Shown here piece after piece: positions 50,477 through 59,984 of a stretch of DNA of 64,000 bases. The stretch is from an uncultured Verrucomicrobiae bacterium (GTDB taxonomy: Bacteria; Verrucomicrobiota; Verrucomicrobiia; Limisphaerales; Palsa-1400): positions 672,001-736,000 of the forward strand of contig CAVPOM010000006.1 in NCBI GenBank assembly GCA_963707025.1, in the 5' to 3' direction. Below the pieces are notes generated by a model that saw only the letters and a list, made by a program, of their open reading frames with translations, made no database searches and was not told where the DNA came from. Positions within the stretch are counted from its first letter, which is position 1; each line of letters begins with the position of its first letter. The position numbers and the translations under genes are program-made.

Positions 50477-50917
50477 ATGTCAAGAAGACTTACAGCCGAT
50501 GACGCCAGGCAATCGTTGAGCGCCCATGTCGCGGGCAGAGGCGCCGAAATATTTGAAAAATATGGACCGCGCATCGGCTGGAACGAGTTGCTGCGCATTC
50601 TGGAAGACCGCGCCTGCGTCCGCTACCCCTGCAAGGCCGCCTTCGACGCCGCCCCGCTGCAACCGGGAGAGTGCGCCTATGCCAGGGCAAATAGCGTCCA
50701 GCCCGAAGACGGATTTGTGATTTACATCCATCCTCTCTTCATGACGCAGATGGACCGGGTGGCGCACCTGGCGCTCTATCAGTTGGCCGTTGTCAACTAT
50801 GGGGAGTTCGCGTCCCCGGATGACGCGGAGGCTTTTGGCGCGGCCGCCCTGGGCATTTCCCGGGAACAGTACTATCAGGGCCTTTGTCAAATGGCCGGTT
50901 TGCTCGAAGAACAGTAA
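50477..50917 (+). CDS. Hypothetical protein
   Basis: Codon-typical ORF from ATG 50477 directly after the NrfD-like gene (VRYP...YQLAVVNYGEFAS). Confidence 0.65.
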   Translation: MSRRLTADDARQSLSAHVAGRGAEIFEKYGPRIGWNELLRILEDRACVRYPCKAAFDAAPLQPGECAYARANSVQPEDGFVIYIHPLFMTQMDRVAHLALYQLAVVNYGEFASPDDAEAFGAAALGISREQYYQGLCQMAGLLEEQ

Positions 50918-50941
50918 CGCCCTGATTCGAAGTGTCTTTAT

Positions 50942-51319
50942 TTATCGCCCGTCAAAAAGCTGGCCCACCAATGCGCCGGCCTTGCGCGTGGAGATTCGGA
51001 TGCGCAAGATTTTGCGGGCCACGCCTCCCCTGGCCTGGTTTGCCTCCACCAAGGCGGCCAATTCATGCAACGCATCGCGCTGCCGCCGGGCCTTGCCCAA
51101 ATACCGGACCAGCATGAAATCCCGCTCGAAGCAGCGGGGCAGAGTTTTGCGGATGAGAGGAGCCAGCAGGCGCGCGCGCCGGTAAAGCAATATTCGGAAG
51201 GCGCGCTCCTCAAATTCCGCGGGCGGGCAGCGGTGCCGCTGGCAGAATAGAGACATGAAATCCGGCGTGGCCGGCGGTGCGCCGGTTGGTTGTTCCGGGG
51301 ATAATCTGGATGAGGTCAT
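50942..51319 (-). CDS. Hypothetical basic protein
   Basis: ORF with FCQRHRC...FEERAF...RISTRK; start inferred. Confidence 0.55.
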   Translation of the reverse strand: MTSSRLSPEQPTGAPPATPDFMSLFCQRHRCPPAEFEERAFRILLYRRARLLAPLIRKTLPRCFERDFMLVRYLGKARRQRDALHELAALVEANQARGGVARKILRIRISTRKAGALVGQLFDGR

Positions 51320-51363
51320 AAAACCACGGGGCATTATCGCCGCGCCGCGGTCGGAATATGGCA

Positions 51364-51789
51364 TCAGCTTTTCGAGTTGGTCCCGCCCTGCCCGGGTGAC
51401 TGATTTTCCGGCGGGCCGGCCTGGTCCACCCAATTCATCTCATCGAGACCGAGGAATTTTCCGCCGCACTGGCATTGGGTTTGGCCATCGTTGATTTTTA
51501 AGCCGTGGCATTTTTGGCAAACGACGGTGCGGTTCCTCTTGGCGCGCCCCCGATACACCCAGTACCCAACTGCCAGCACCAACCCAACCAGCGCGACCTT
51601 GCGCAAGGCGTCCGGCACGAGCCGGGGAATCGGCAAAACCAATCCCCAGAGACTCCGGCCATGCCAGGCCGGCGAGGTGGCGACCACATAGAGCAACACC
51701 GTCCACGCCGCCAACGCCGCCAGGATTTGGCGCCGCCGCCGGATTCTTTTCTGCGCGAGTTTTTCCGCCTCTGTTTTTTCGCGCCACAT
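51364..51789 (-). CDS. Hypothetical membrane protein with C-terminal Cys cluster
   Basis: Two hydrophobic helices, then CQKC...CQCGG (Zn-ribbon-like). Confidence 0.55.
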   Translation of the reverse strand: MWREKTEAEKLAQKRIRRRRQILAALAAWTVLLYVVATSPAWHGRSLWGLVLPIPRLVPDALRKVALVGLVLAVGYWVYRGRAKRNRTVVCQKCHGLKINDGQTQCQCGGKFLGLDEMNWVDQAGPPENQSPGQGGTNSKS

Positions 51790-52264
51790 GTTTCAGAAAC
51801 AGGTTTACCCGGACATCTCAATCCGCGCGTGCCTCGCAGCACTTTGGAAATTTAAGCCAGGCTCGCCGCGGCGTATAGCGGGTCATTTACCAAACTTATA
51901 GTAGGTTTTACCAGGAATGCTGTAGGGGCTTGCCTCTCACGATGGCCGTCCGGCCCCGGACCGCGGATTGGAAACTCCCGTCAGGCTGGCCGGCGGGCTT
52001 GTGATGTCGGGGCACTCAAGTCTGGTCTTTTCGTGCTTGCAGACGGCGCGCTTGTCGGCCACAGCGCGCACCGGAGCCGTGTGTGGTTTGGTGATAAAGG
52101 AAACGCGGCAGAGGCTTGATGGACGCAGCGCTGCCCAAAAAGCGGACAGTGGCATGGGATCACTGGACAAGCGACGCGTCTTGCCTGGTGCTTTCCGCCG
52201 CCCGCGACGGCCATCCACTGGCAGGAAGGCTGCGGAATTCCTCACTTTGACTGCGCCAAAGGAC

Positions 52265-52280
52265 TGGCATCGCTTCTGCT
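52265..52280 (+). promoter_or_regulatory. Sigma-54 (-24/-12) promoter upstream of the pilin gene
   Basis: TGGCATCGCTTCTGCT, GG-N10-GC, close to consensus TGGCACG-N4-TTGCW. Confidence 0.65.
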
Positions 52281-52415
52281 ATAGTTTCTTAGTGTATCAT
52301 CGTCGTGATGACAAAACGCCAGACTGGCAGCATTGGAAAGATCGGACAAACGCAATCATGCTAACCCGCTGCTGGTAATGATTAACAACATATCAAACGA
52401 AAGGTCAGTCAAACT

Positions 52416-52793
52416 ATGAAAATGAAGAACAAGAAACAGAGTGGGTTCACACTGGTCGAAATTATGATCGTGGTCGCCATTATCGGCCTGCTGGCCGCCA
52501 TCGCGATTCCGAACTTCGTTCGCGCCCGCACCACCTCGCAGACCAATGCCTGCATCAGCAACCTCCGCATCATTGACGGCGCCAAGGGCCAGTGGGCCTT
52601 GGAAGTCCACAAACAGAACACCGACACGCCGCTCGGCACCGACCTCCAGCCCTACATGGGCCGTGGTTCCGCCGGTGAATTGCCCATGTGCCCGAATGAC
52701 TCGGCGCAAACCTTCGCCACCAGCTACACCCCCAACAGTGTTGGCATCAAACCGGTGTGCAACATCGTGCCGGCCACCCACAGCCTGCCATAA
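52416..52793 (+). CDS. Type IV pilin-like protein
   Basis: Basic leader, G|FTLVEIMIVVAIIGLLAAIAIPNF, C-terminal Cys pair. Confidence 0.9.
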   Translation: MKMKNKKQSGFTLVEIMIVVAIIGLLAAIAIPNFVRARTTSQTNACISNLRIIDGAKGQWALEVHKQNTDTPLGTDLQPYMGRGSAGELPMCPNDSAQTFATSYTPNSVGIKPVCNIVPATHSLP

Positions 52794-52835
52794 GACAACT
52801 CTTCTGTCTTGATCGCTCAGATCATGACAGCCCAG

Positions 52836-52864
52836 GCCCGGAAGAAATTCCGGGCTTTTTTTTT
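52836..52864 (+). terminator. Rho-independent terminator
   Basis: GCCCGGAA-gaaa-TTCCGGGC followed by T9. Confidence 0.85.
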
Positions 52865-53164
52865 GTTCGCGCGGCACGACCGGCGCAACGGGTGTCCCGG
52901 CCGGCCGCTCCACGTGCGCCGGGTGAAGGGCGATGGAGCGGTGGCGGCGAGTGCGGCCGGGGGAGGCGGTTCTTCCTCTCACGGCGATGGAGGGGCCGGC
53001 AAGACTTTGAGCGAAAGACGGTATTCTTGCCAAACGAACCCAACTTGGACTTCCCGGCAAGAGCGCGGCAGCGGAATTGAACCCCTTGTGGGCCAACGCG
53101 CCAGGAATGAACGGCCTCTTTCCGTTAAAAACAAGGCGATGTGGGAAAGCAACTCCACAAAAAA

Positions 53165-53180
53165 TGTCGTGTAAATGACA
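53165..53180. promoter_or_regulatory. Shared operator copy, symmetric TGTC-N8-GACA
   Basis: aaaaaTGTCgtgtaaatGACAaa, about 105 bp upstream of the ATG at 53286. Confidence 0.6.
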
Positions 53181-53285
53181 AATCCCGCGAAGCCGAATCG
53201 GCGCTGGGTTGCGATGTTGCCAAAGTGAAAACAAAGTGGAAATCAAAAGCCGCCGGAAATTCCGGCGCCGCCTGGAACGGAGACG

Positions 53286-53747
53286 ATGTCGCGCTTGCTT
53301 AAAATGCCGCCGCAACTGGTCCGCCTGGTGCTGCTGACCATTGGGATCGTGTGCGTTTATTTCGTCGCGCGCTACTTCCTGGCGCCCCCGTCCTTTGGGC
53401 AATACGGCCATTACCGGGCGGCCGCGTTGCAGGAGATCGCCGCGCGCCAGCCCTATTGGGCCGGCAAGGCGGCGTGCGTGGAATGCCATGCCGCCCATGC
53501 GGAGAAGCTGGCCAAAGGCGAGCACAAGAACCTTTCGTGCGAAACCTGCCACGGCCCCGGCCAGGCGCATGTGGCCAATCCCCCCGAGAAACTGCCCAAG
53601 CTCGACATGAGCCTTTGCGTGCGGTGCCATGAGGCCAGCCCGTCCAAACCGAAATGGCTCCATCAAATCAACAGCCACGACCATTACACCGGGAATCTTT
53701 GCACCGAGTGCCATGTTCCCCACCAACCCAAGGAGGTTCCACCATGA
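53286..53747 (+). CDS. Membrane-anchored tetraheme cytochrome c
   Basis: N-terminal TM; CVECH, CETCH, CVRCH, CTECH. Confidence 0.9.
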   Translation: MSRLLKMPPQLVRLVLLTIGIVCVYFVARYFLAPPSFGQYGHYRAAALQEIAARQPYWAGKAACVECHAAHAEKLAKGEHKNLSCETCHGPGQAHVANPPEKLPKLDMSLCVRCHEASPSKPKWLHQINSHDHYTGNLCTECHVPHQPKEVPP

Positions 53748-54550
53748 GCGAGCAGATCACCCGGCGCACCATCCTGAAGAATCTGGCTGGAATAGTCGGA
53801 GGTATTCTTGCCTTGCCGGCCGCCCGCACCTGCAAAGCGGGGGTGCAAAACCTTCTGGCCTCATCTCCCGCCCCGTCCGGCTACGATCCGTTCGAGCACA
53901 AATGGCTGATGGCGCTGGACGTGGACCGGTGCATCGGCTGCGGCCGTTGCGTGGAAGCTTGCTGCGAGGAGAACGGGGTGCCGGAAGGCCACTGGCGCAC
54001 CTGGATTGAACGCTACGTCATCACCAGGCCCAAGGCAGGCTCCGGCGAGACCCGCGGGGCAACGTTTGTGGACTCACCGGATGCCGGGAGATATGGCTTT
54101 CCGCAGTTGCTCATTCCAAAGGAGGACATTCTCAAGTCGTTCTTTGTCCCCAAACTCTGCAACCTGTGCGAGCATTCGCCCTGCACCCAGGTCTGCCCGG
54201 TTGGGGCCACCTTCGACGCCCCGGACGGCGCGGTGCTGGTGGACAAGAATTATTGCATCGGCTGCGGTTTTTGCATCCAGGCCTGCCCGTACGGATGCCG
54301 CTTTTTTAATCCGCAAACCCACACCGCCGACAAATGCAACCTGTGCTACCATCGGATTACCCGCGGCCTCAAGCCCGCCTGCGTGGAGATTTGTCCCTCG
54401 CAGGCCCGGGTTTTCGGCGATCTGAAACACCCCGTGCCGGACGATCCGCTGCAAAAATTCATCAACGAGAACAAGGTGGAAGAGTTGAAAAAAAGCCTGG
54501 GCACCGGTCCGCGCGTGGTCTATGCGGGCCTGGACGAGGAGGTCCGATAA
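53744..54550 (+). CDS. NrfC-like 4Fe-4S protein with twin-arginine motif
   Basis: TRRTIL, CIGCGRCVEAC, CNLCEHSPCTQVCP, CIGCGFCIQACP, KCNLC...PACVEICP. Confidence 0.92.
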   Translation: MSEQITRRTILKNLAGIVGGILALPAARTCKAGVQNLLASSPAPSGYDPFEHKWLMALDVDRCIGCGRCVEACCEENGVPEGHWRTWIERYVITRPKAGSGETRGATFVDSPDAGRYGFPQLLIPKEDILKSFFVPKLCNLCEHSPCTQVCPVGATFDAPDGAVLVDKNYCIGCGFCIQACPYGCRFFNPQTHTADKCNLCYHRITRGLKPACVEICPSQARVFGDLKHPVPDDPLQKFINENKVEELKKSLGTGPRVVYAGLDEEVR

Positions 54551-55809
54551 TGAGCGCCGCCATTCTCACCAACGTCGTGGAGGCGCTCCCGCAGTTCCAA
54601 GGCTACGTCTATCCCAACGAACGGACGCTGCATCCCCTGTGGAGTGTGCTCATCGTGGTCTATCCCTACATCACCGGTTTGGTGGCGGGGGCTTTCATCA
54701 TGGCCTCGCTGGTGCGGGTTTTCAAAGTCAAGGCGCTGGAGCCGATTTACCGGCTGGCCCTGTTGACGGCGCTGGCCTTCATGCTCTGCGCCACCTTGCC
54801 CCTGCTGTTTCACCTCGGCCATCCGGAACGCTGCTTTGAAATCATGATGACGCCGCACTTCAGTTCTCCCATGGCCATGTTCGGCTTCGTCTATGCCTGG
54901 TACCTGATGGCCGTGCTCCTGCTCGAACTTTGGTTTGACTACCGCCGGGACTTTGTCGCCTGGTCCAAGACGGCGGCCGGTTTGCGCGGCATCCTCTACC
55001 GCGCCTTCACCTTGGGAGTGACCGACCTGTCCGAGCCGGCGCTGCGGCTGGATGCCCGCATGGGCCGGATCATTTCCATCGTCGGCATTCCGTCGGCCTT
55101 TCTCTTGCACGGTTATGTCGGTTTCATTTTCGGCTCGATCAAGGCCAATCCCTGGTGGGGCAACCCGCTGATGCCGATTATTTTCATTCTTTCCGCCGTG
55201 GTGTCGGGCATGGCGCTGTGCGTGTTCGCCTACATGTTCCTGTGCTGGGCGCGACGCATCACGGCAGACATGCGGTGCCTGGATTTGATGATCAGCTTCC
55301 TTTTTTATGCCGTGGTGCTGGATGCGACCATCGAAGGGCTGGACTGGCTGCACCGGCTTTATTCGGCGGAGGAGGGGATTGAAGTGCTCAAGTCGGTGGC
55401 GTCGAGCAAGCTGTTTTACACGCTGCTCATCGGGCAGGCCTGCCTGGGCACGCTGGTGCCGCTCCTGCTCCTGGGAACCATGCAACTCATCCGCAAAAAA
55501 GTCGCGGAGTTGAATCGCCGCCGCGTCTATTTCTCCAGCACGGTGCTCATCCTGATCGGCGTGCTGGCCATGCGGTGGAATGTGGTCATCGGCGGCCAGC
55601 TTTTTTCCAAGAGCCTGCGCGGTTTCATGAGCTACAAAATGGAGTTCGCCGGCCACGAAGGCTGGTGGCTTTCCCTCGCGCTGCTCGCCCTTCCTTTTGT
55701 CATTTTGACGGTGTTCATCAAGTATTTTTTGGACCGGGACCTGCCCACGCTGGAGAACGTGGTTCCGGGCGCGCCGCCGCGGGCGGGTTCGCCCCCGGCG
55801 CCGGCTTGA
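54550..55809 (+). CDS. NrfD-like membrane protein
   Basis: YPYITGLVAG, HLGHPER, LHGYVGFIFG, MRWNVVIGGQ. Confidence 0.9.
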   Translation: MSAAILTNVVEALPQFQGYVYPNERTLHPLWSVLIVVYPYITGLVAGAFIMASLVRVFKVKALEPIYRLALLTALAFMLCATLPLLFHLGHPERCFEIMMTPHFSSPMAMFGFVYAWYLMAVLLLELWFDYRRDFVAWSKTAAGLRGILYRAFTLGVTDLSEPALRLDARMGRIISIVGIPSAFLLHGYVGFIFGSIKANPWWGNPLMPIIFILSAVVSGMALCVFAYMFLCWARRITADMRCLDLMISFLFYAVVLDATIEGLDWLHRLYSAEEGIEVLKSVASSKLFYTLLIGQACLGTLVPLLLLGTMQLIRKKVAELNRRRVYFSSTVLILIGVLAMRWNVVIGGQLFSKSLRGFMSYKMEFAGHEGWWLSLALLALPFVILTVFIKYFLDRDLPTLENVVPGAPPRAGSPPAPA

Positions 55810-55903
55810 GATTTGGCCGCGTGTGGCGCGGCCTCGGTTTTCCCGGCGGGTTGGAGTTCGCCGCCGGGAAACACGCAAAAAAACCCGGACTCCCGGAGGA
55901 ACT

Positions 55904-56233
55904 ATGAAAAGAAAGATAATAATTGCAGCGGTCATCGGCATGATGGCGGCCGGGGTGGCTTACGCGCAGGACGACAGCAAGGCGTTGTACGAAAAGAGCT
56001 GCCAAAAGTGCCATGGCGCGGACGGCAAGGGCCAGGTCACAATGGGCAAGAAGCTCGGGTGCAAAGATTACAGCGACGCCAAGGTCCAGGATGCGTTGAA
56101 GGACGACGTGGCGCTCAAGTCCATCAAGGAAGGACTGAAGAAGGGTGACACGACGTTGATGAAGCCCGCCGAGGGCCTCACCGACAACCAGATCAAGGGG
56201 CTTGTCAAGTACATGAGGACCTTCAAGAAGTAA
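55904..56233 (+). CDS. Periplasmic monoheme cytochrome c, paralog of 45906
   Basis: Signal peptide, CQKCHGADGKGQ-x-x-MGKKLG, LMKP. Confidence 0.92.
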   Translation: MKRKIIIAAVIGMMAAGVAYAQDDSKALYEKSCQKCHGADGKGQVTMGKKLGCKDYSDAKVQDALKDDVALKSIKEGLKKGDTTLMKPAEGLTDNQIKGLVKYMRTFKK

Positions 56234-56305
56234 AAGCGCCCAGGGCGTGAATCTGTGTTGGAGCAGCCCCGCAATGGGTTGCTCCAACACTCCCGCCCCC
56301 CAACC

Positions 56306-57790
56306 ATGGACACACTTCCTCCAACCGGCCCGGCTCGCCTGCCTTCCCTGTTCCGCAACTGGGTTTCCCTGGCGGGGATGGTGCTCATGGCTTCGAGCAT
56401 TTTCGCCTTTCTCCTCTTGTTCTTCCTGGACACGATGGCGTATTCCTCCAATCCGTACGTGGGGATCCTGACGTTCTTTGTGGCGCCGGCCTTCTTTTTC
56501 GCGGGGCTGATCGTGTTTCTTTTTGGAGCGTGGCGCTGGCGGAGGAAGATGGCCAAAGCCAATGGCGGCGCGGGCGCGTTGCGCATCAACATAGACTTCT
56601 CGCGCCCCCACGACCGGCGGGTGCTGGCCTTCTTTGTTCCAGCCAGCGCGGGCTTCCTCCTCCTCACGGCGATGGGCAGCTACCACACCTATCATTTCAC
56701 CGAATCGGTGCAGTTTTGCGGGGAGTCCTGCCATACGGTCATGAAGCCGGAGCTGATCAGCTACCTCCATTCGCCGCACGCCAGGGTGGCCTGCGCGGAA
56801 TGCCACATCGGCGCGGGGGCCACCTGGTACGTGCGCTCAAAATTGTCTGGCACCTACCAGGTTTATGCCACCCTGGCCCACAAATACCCCACGCCCATTC
56901 CCACCCCGGTCAAGAATCTGCGGCCCGCCCAGGAAACCTGCGAGCAATGCCATTGGCCCAAGAAGTTTGTCGGCAACCTGGACCGCACCCTCTCTTATTA
57001 TCTCCCGGACCAGTCCAATTCCCTCTACACCGTCCGCCTCCTGCTCAAAGTCGGCGGCGGGGACCCGACGCATGGGCCGCTGGGCGGCATTCATTGGCAC
57101 ATGAACGTGGCCAACAAAATCGAATACATCGCCACCGATGAGGCCCGCCAAAAAATCCCCTGGGTGCGCATGACCGACCCCCAGGGCGTGGTGACCGAGT
57201 ATCGGACCAAGGAATTCACCAATGACGTCAGCCAGGCGCCCAAGCGCAGGATGGACTGCATGGATTGCCACAACCGGCCCGCCCACAAGTTCCAGTCCCC
57301 GGAAAGCGCGGTCAACCTGGCCATGTCGCTCAGCAACATTGATATTTCGCTGCCCTACATCAAGACCAACGCCGTCGGCGTCCTCTGCCGCCCCTACACC
57401 AACCAAACCGAAGGCCTGGAAGGCATTGCCACCACCTTGTCGGAACGATTCCCCAAAGATCCGCGCATCCGCGGGACGATCGCAGCGGTGCAGGATATTT
57501 ACACGAACAATTTCTTCCCGGAAATGAAAGCCAGTTGGCGCGACTACCCGGACAACATCGGGCACAAGGACTTTCCCGGCTGCTTCCGCTGCCATGATGG
57601 CAAGCACATTTCCAGCGCCGGCCGCGACATGATCAAGGCCAACGACTGCAACGCCTGCCATCTCATTTTGGCCCAGGGCAGCGGCGCGCAGTTGAACCAA
57701 GTCAACGCGGAGGGCCAGAAGTTCGCCCATCCTTTCGATGAATATGATCCAGCTTACCAATGCACCGACTGCCATAACGGCGGCTTGTAA
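56306..57790 (+). CDS. ImcH-like inner-membrane heptaheme cytochrome (NapC/NirT-related)
   Basis: Three N-terminal TM helices with NPYVGILT; CGESCH, CAECH, CEQCH, CMDCH, CFRCH, CNACH, CTDCH; GIHWH. Confidence 0.82.
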   Translation: MDTLPPTGPARLPSLFRNWVSLAGMVLMASSIFAFLLLFFLDTMAYSSNPYVGILTFFVAPAFFFAGLIVFLFGAWRWRRKMAKANGGAGALRINIDFSRPHDRRVLAFFVPASAGFLLLTAMGSYHTYHFTESVQFCGESCHTVMKPELISYLHSPHARVACAECHIGAGATWYVRSKLSGTYQVYATLAHKYPTPIPTPVKNLRPAQETCEQCHWPKKFVGNLDRTLSYYLPDQSNSLYTVRLLLKVGGGDPTHGPLGGIHWHMNVANKIEYIATDEARQKIPWVRMTDPQGVVTEYRTKEFTNDVSQAPKRRMDCMDCHNRPAHKFQSPESAVNLAMSLSNIDISLPYIKTNAVGVLCRPYTNQTEGLEGIATTLSERFPKDPRIRGTIAAVQDIYTNNFFPEMKASWRDYPDNIGHKDFPGCFRCHDGKHISSAGRDMIKANDCNACHLILAQGSGAQLNQVNAEGQKFAHPFDEYDPAYQCTDCHNGGL

Positions 57791-59901
57791 GGCGGCGCGC
57801 CGGGCCATTTGCGCGCTCGCCTTCCTGTCCTTGCTCCAGGCGGGCCGCCTCGCCGCGCACATTATCTCCAACCAGGATTGCCTGGAGTGCCACCGTGATC
57901 CCACCACCGCGCGCACCGTCGCCGGGAAATCCGTGGCGCTGGCGGTATTCGACACCAATGCCTTTCAGAAGTCCGTGCATGCCCGGCTCAATTGCACCGA
58001 CTGCCACAACACCGTCAAAGAGCTGGTGCATCCGGGCGGACTGCCCCCCGCCCAATGCGCCTCGTGCCATTCTTCCGAGACGGCCCAATACGTGGGCAGC
58101 ATCCACGGCATGAGCAAGGCCCGGGGGGCCTCCGCGGCCGCCGGGTGCGCGGACTGCCACGGCACCCACGGCATCGTTTCTGTCAAGAATGTAGATTCGC
58201 CCGTTTTCAAGCTCAACCTGTCGGTCACCTGCGCCAAATGCCATAGTGAACCCGGGCTGACCAGCCGAGTACCGGATGAAGTATCCGCTGGTGGCCAGCC
58301 AGTACACCGACAGCATCCACGGGCGGGCGCTGATGAAAATGGGATTGATCGTGGCCCCTTCGTGCAACGATTGCCACGGCACGCACGACATCGGGCGGAG
58401 CGTGGACCGCAGTTCGCCCATCAACCACGCCAACGTCGCCGCCACCTGCGGCAAATGCCATCTGGGGATCGAAAAAACCTACAACGCCAGCATCCACGGG
58501 CAGCTTCTGGCCAAGGGCGGGCAAAACGGCCCGGTCTGCGTGGATTGCCATTCCGCCCATCAAATCACCGAGCCGGACGGCAGCAATTTCAAGGCGGCCA
58601 GCGACGAGAAATGCGGCAGTTGCCACCAGGACCGGCTGGCGCATTATCGCGACACCTACCACGGCAAGGCGATGTTGCTGGGCCGGCCCAACCTCGCCCC
58701 CGAAGTGGCGGCGTGCTACGACTGCCACGGCCATCACGACGTGCTGCCGCGGTCCGATCCGGCCTCGCATCTTTCCAAGGCCAATATCGTGGCCACCTGC
58801 CAGAAATGCCATCCGGGCGCCAACGCCAATTTTGCCAAATACATCCCCCACGCCAATCCGCTCGACGCCCAGCACTATCCGCAGTTGCATTGGACCTTCT
58901 TGGCGATGACGGCGCTGTTGATCGGCGTCTTTGCCTTCTTCGGCGCGCATACCGGCCTGTGGCTCTTCCGCTCCGGTTACCTATGGGCGCACGACTCGAA
59001 AACTTTCCGCGAAGCCAAGATCAAAACCCAACAAAGCGATGAGTGGTTCACCCGCTTCCCGCCCTTTGAACGGCTGCTGCACTTTCTGGTGGTGACCAGT
59101 TTTCTCCTGCTGGTCCTGACCGGCATGCCGCTCAAGTTTTACTATACCAGTTGGGCCAAAGTCATCTTCGCGTTGCTGGGCGGCCCGGAAACGGCCCGCT
59201 TCCTTCACCGCACTGGCGCGGTCATTACCTTCCTCTATTTCGGTCTGCACCTGGCCAAGCTGCTCCTTAGGTCCTGGCAGGCCCGCGGCCGCTTCCGCGG
59301 CGGCGACTGGCACTCCAAGTGGACCCGGCTGAAATGGGCGCTGTTCGGTCCCGACTCGATGATTCCAACCTGGCAGGATGTGAAGGAATTCATGGCGCAC
59401 CAGAAATGGTTTTTCGGCCAGGGGCCCAAGCCGCAATTCGACCGGTGGACTTACTGGGAGAAGTTCGATTACTTCGCCGTGTTCTGGGGGGTCTTTATCA
59501 TTGGAGCGTCGGGGTTGGTCATGTGGTTCCCGCAGTTCTTTTCCTATTTTCTGCCGGGCTGGACCATTAACATCGCGCTCATCATTCATTCCGACGAAGC
59601 CCTCTTGGCGGCGGGTTTCATCTTCACGATTCACTTCTTCAACACCCATTTTCGCCTGGAGAAATTTCCCATGGACACCGTGATTTTTTCCGGCCGCATT
59701 TCCAAAACCGAAATGCTGCATGAACGCCGGCGCTGGTACGAGCGGCTCCTGGCCGCCGGACGCCTGAACGATCTGCGTGTCAAAGACGAATGGGAACGCT
59801 GGAAAGCCATCGCCCGCGCCTTCGGCTTCCTCTTTTTCGGCGCCGGCATCGTCCTGCTGGTTTTGATCATCTACGCCATGGTCACGCGCCTGGCGCACTG
59901 A
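57738..59901 (+). CDS. CbcL-like multiheme c / di-heme b cytochrome, +1 frameshift near 58262
   Basis: Eleven CxxCH over the two joined frames; cytochrome-b part with ERLLH, LHR, EKFDYFAVFWG, IHSDEALLA, IHFF. Confidence 0.82.
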
Positions 59902-59984
59902 AGCAATGCCCAGCAAAATTGGTAAAGCAAAGGCCAACCAATGAGGAGCCGTTGGCCACGCCCCCTGTCACCCTTTCATCATGG

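Noticed and set aside
51364..51789. Cytochrome c call from CQKCH
   Set aside because: The motif pairs with a downstream CQC as a Zn-ribbon-like cluster after a basic, probably cytoplasmic segment; not counted as a heme site
51850..52260. Short ORFs 51937-52245 and 51968-52378
   Set aside because: No motifs and atypical composition; the region is better explained as the pilin upstream regulatory region
52416..52793. Conductive e-pilin
   Set aside because: Long pilin with only about 5% F/W/Y and large aromatic-free gaps
53205..53221. Possible sigma-54 promoter (GG-N10-GC) before 53286
   Set aside because: The -12 TTGC is present but the -24 element matches poorly; too weak to call
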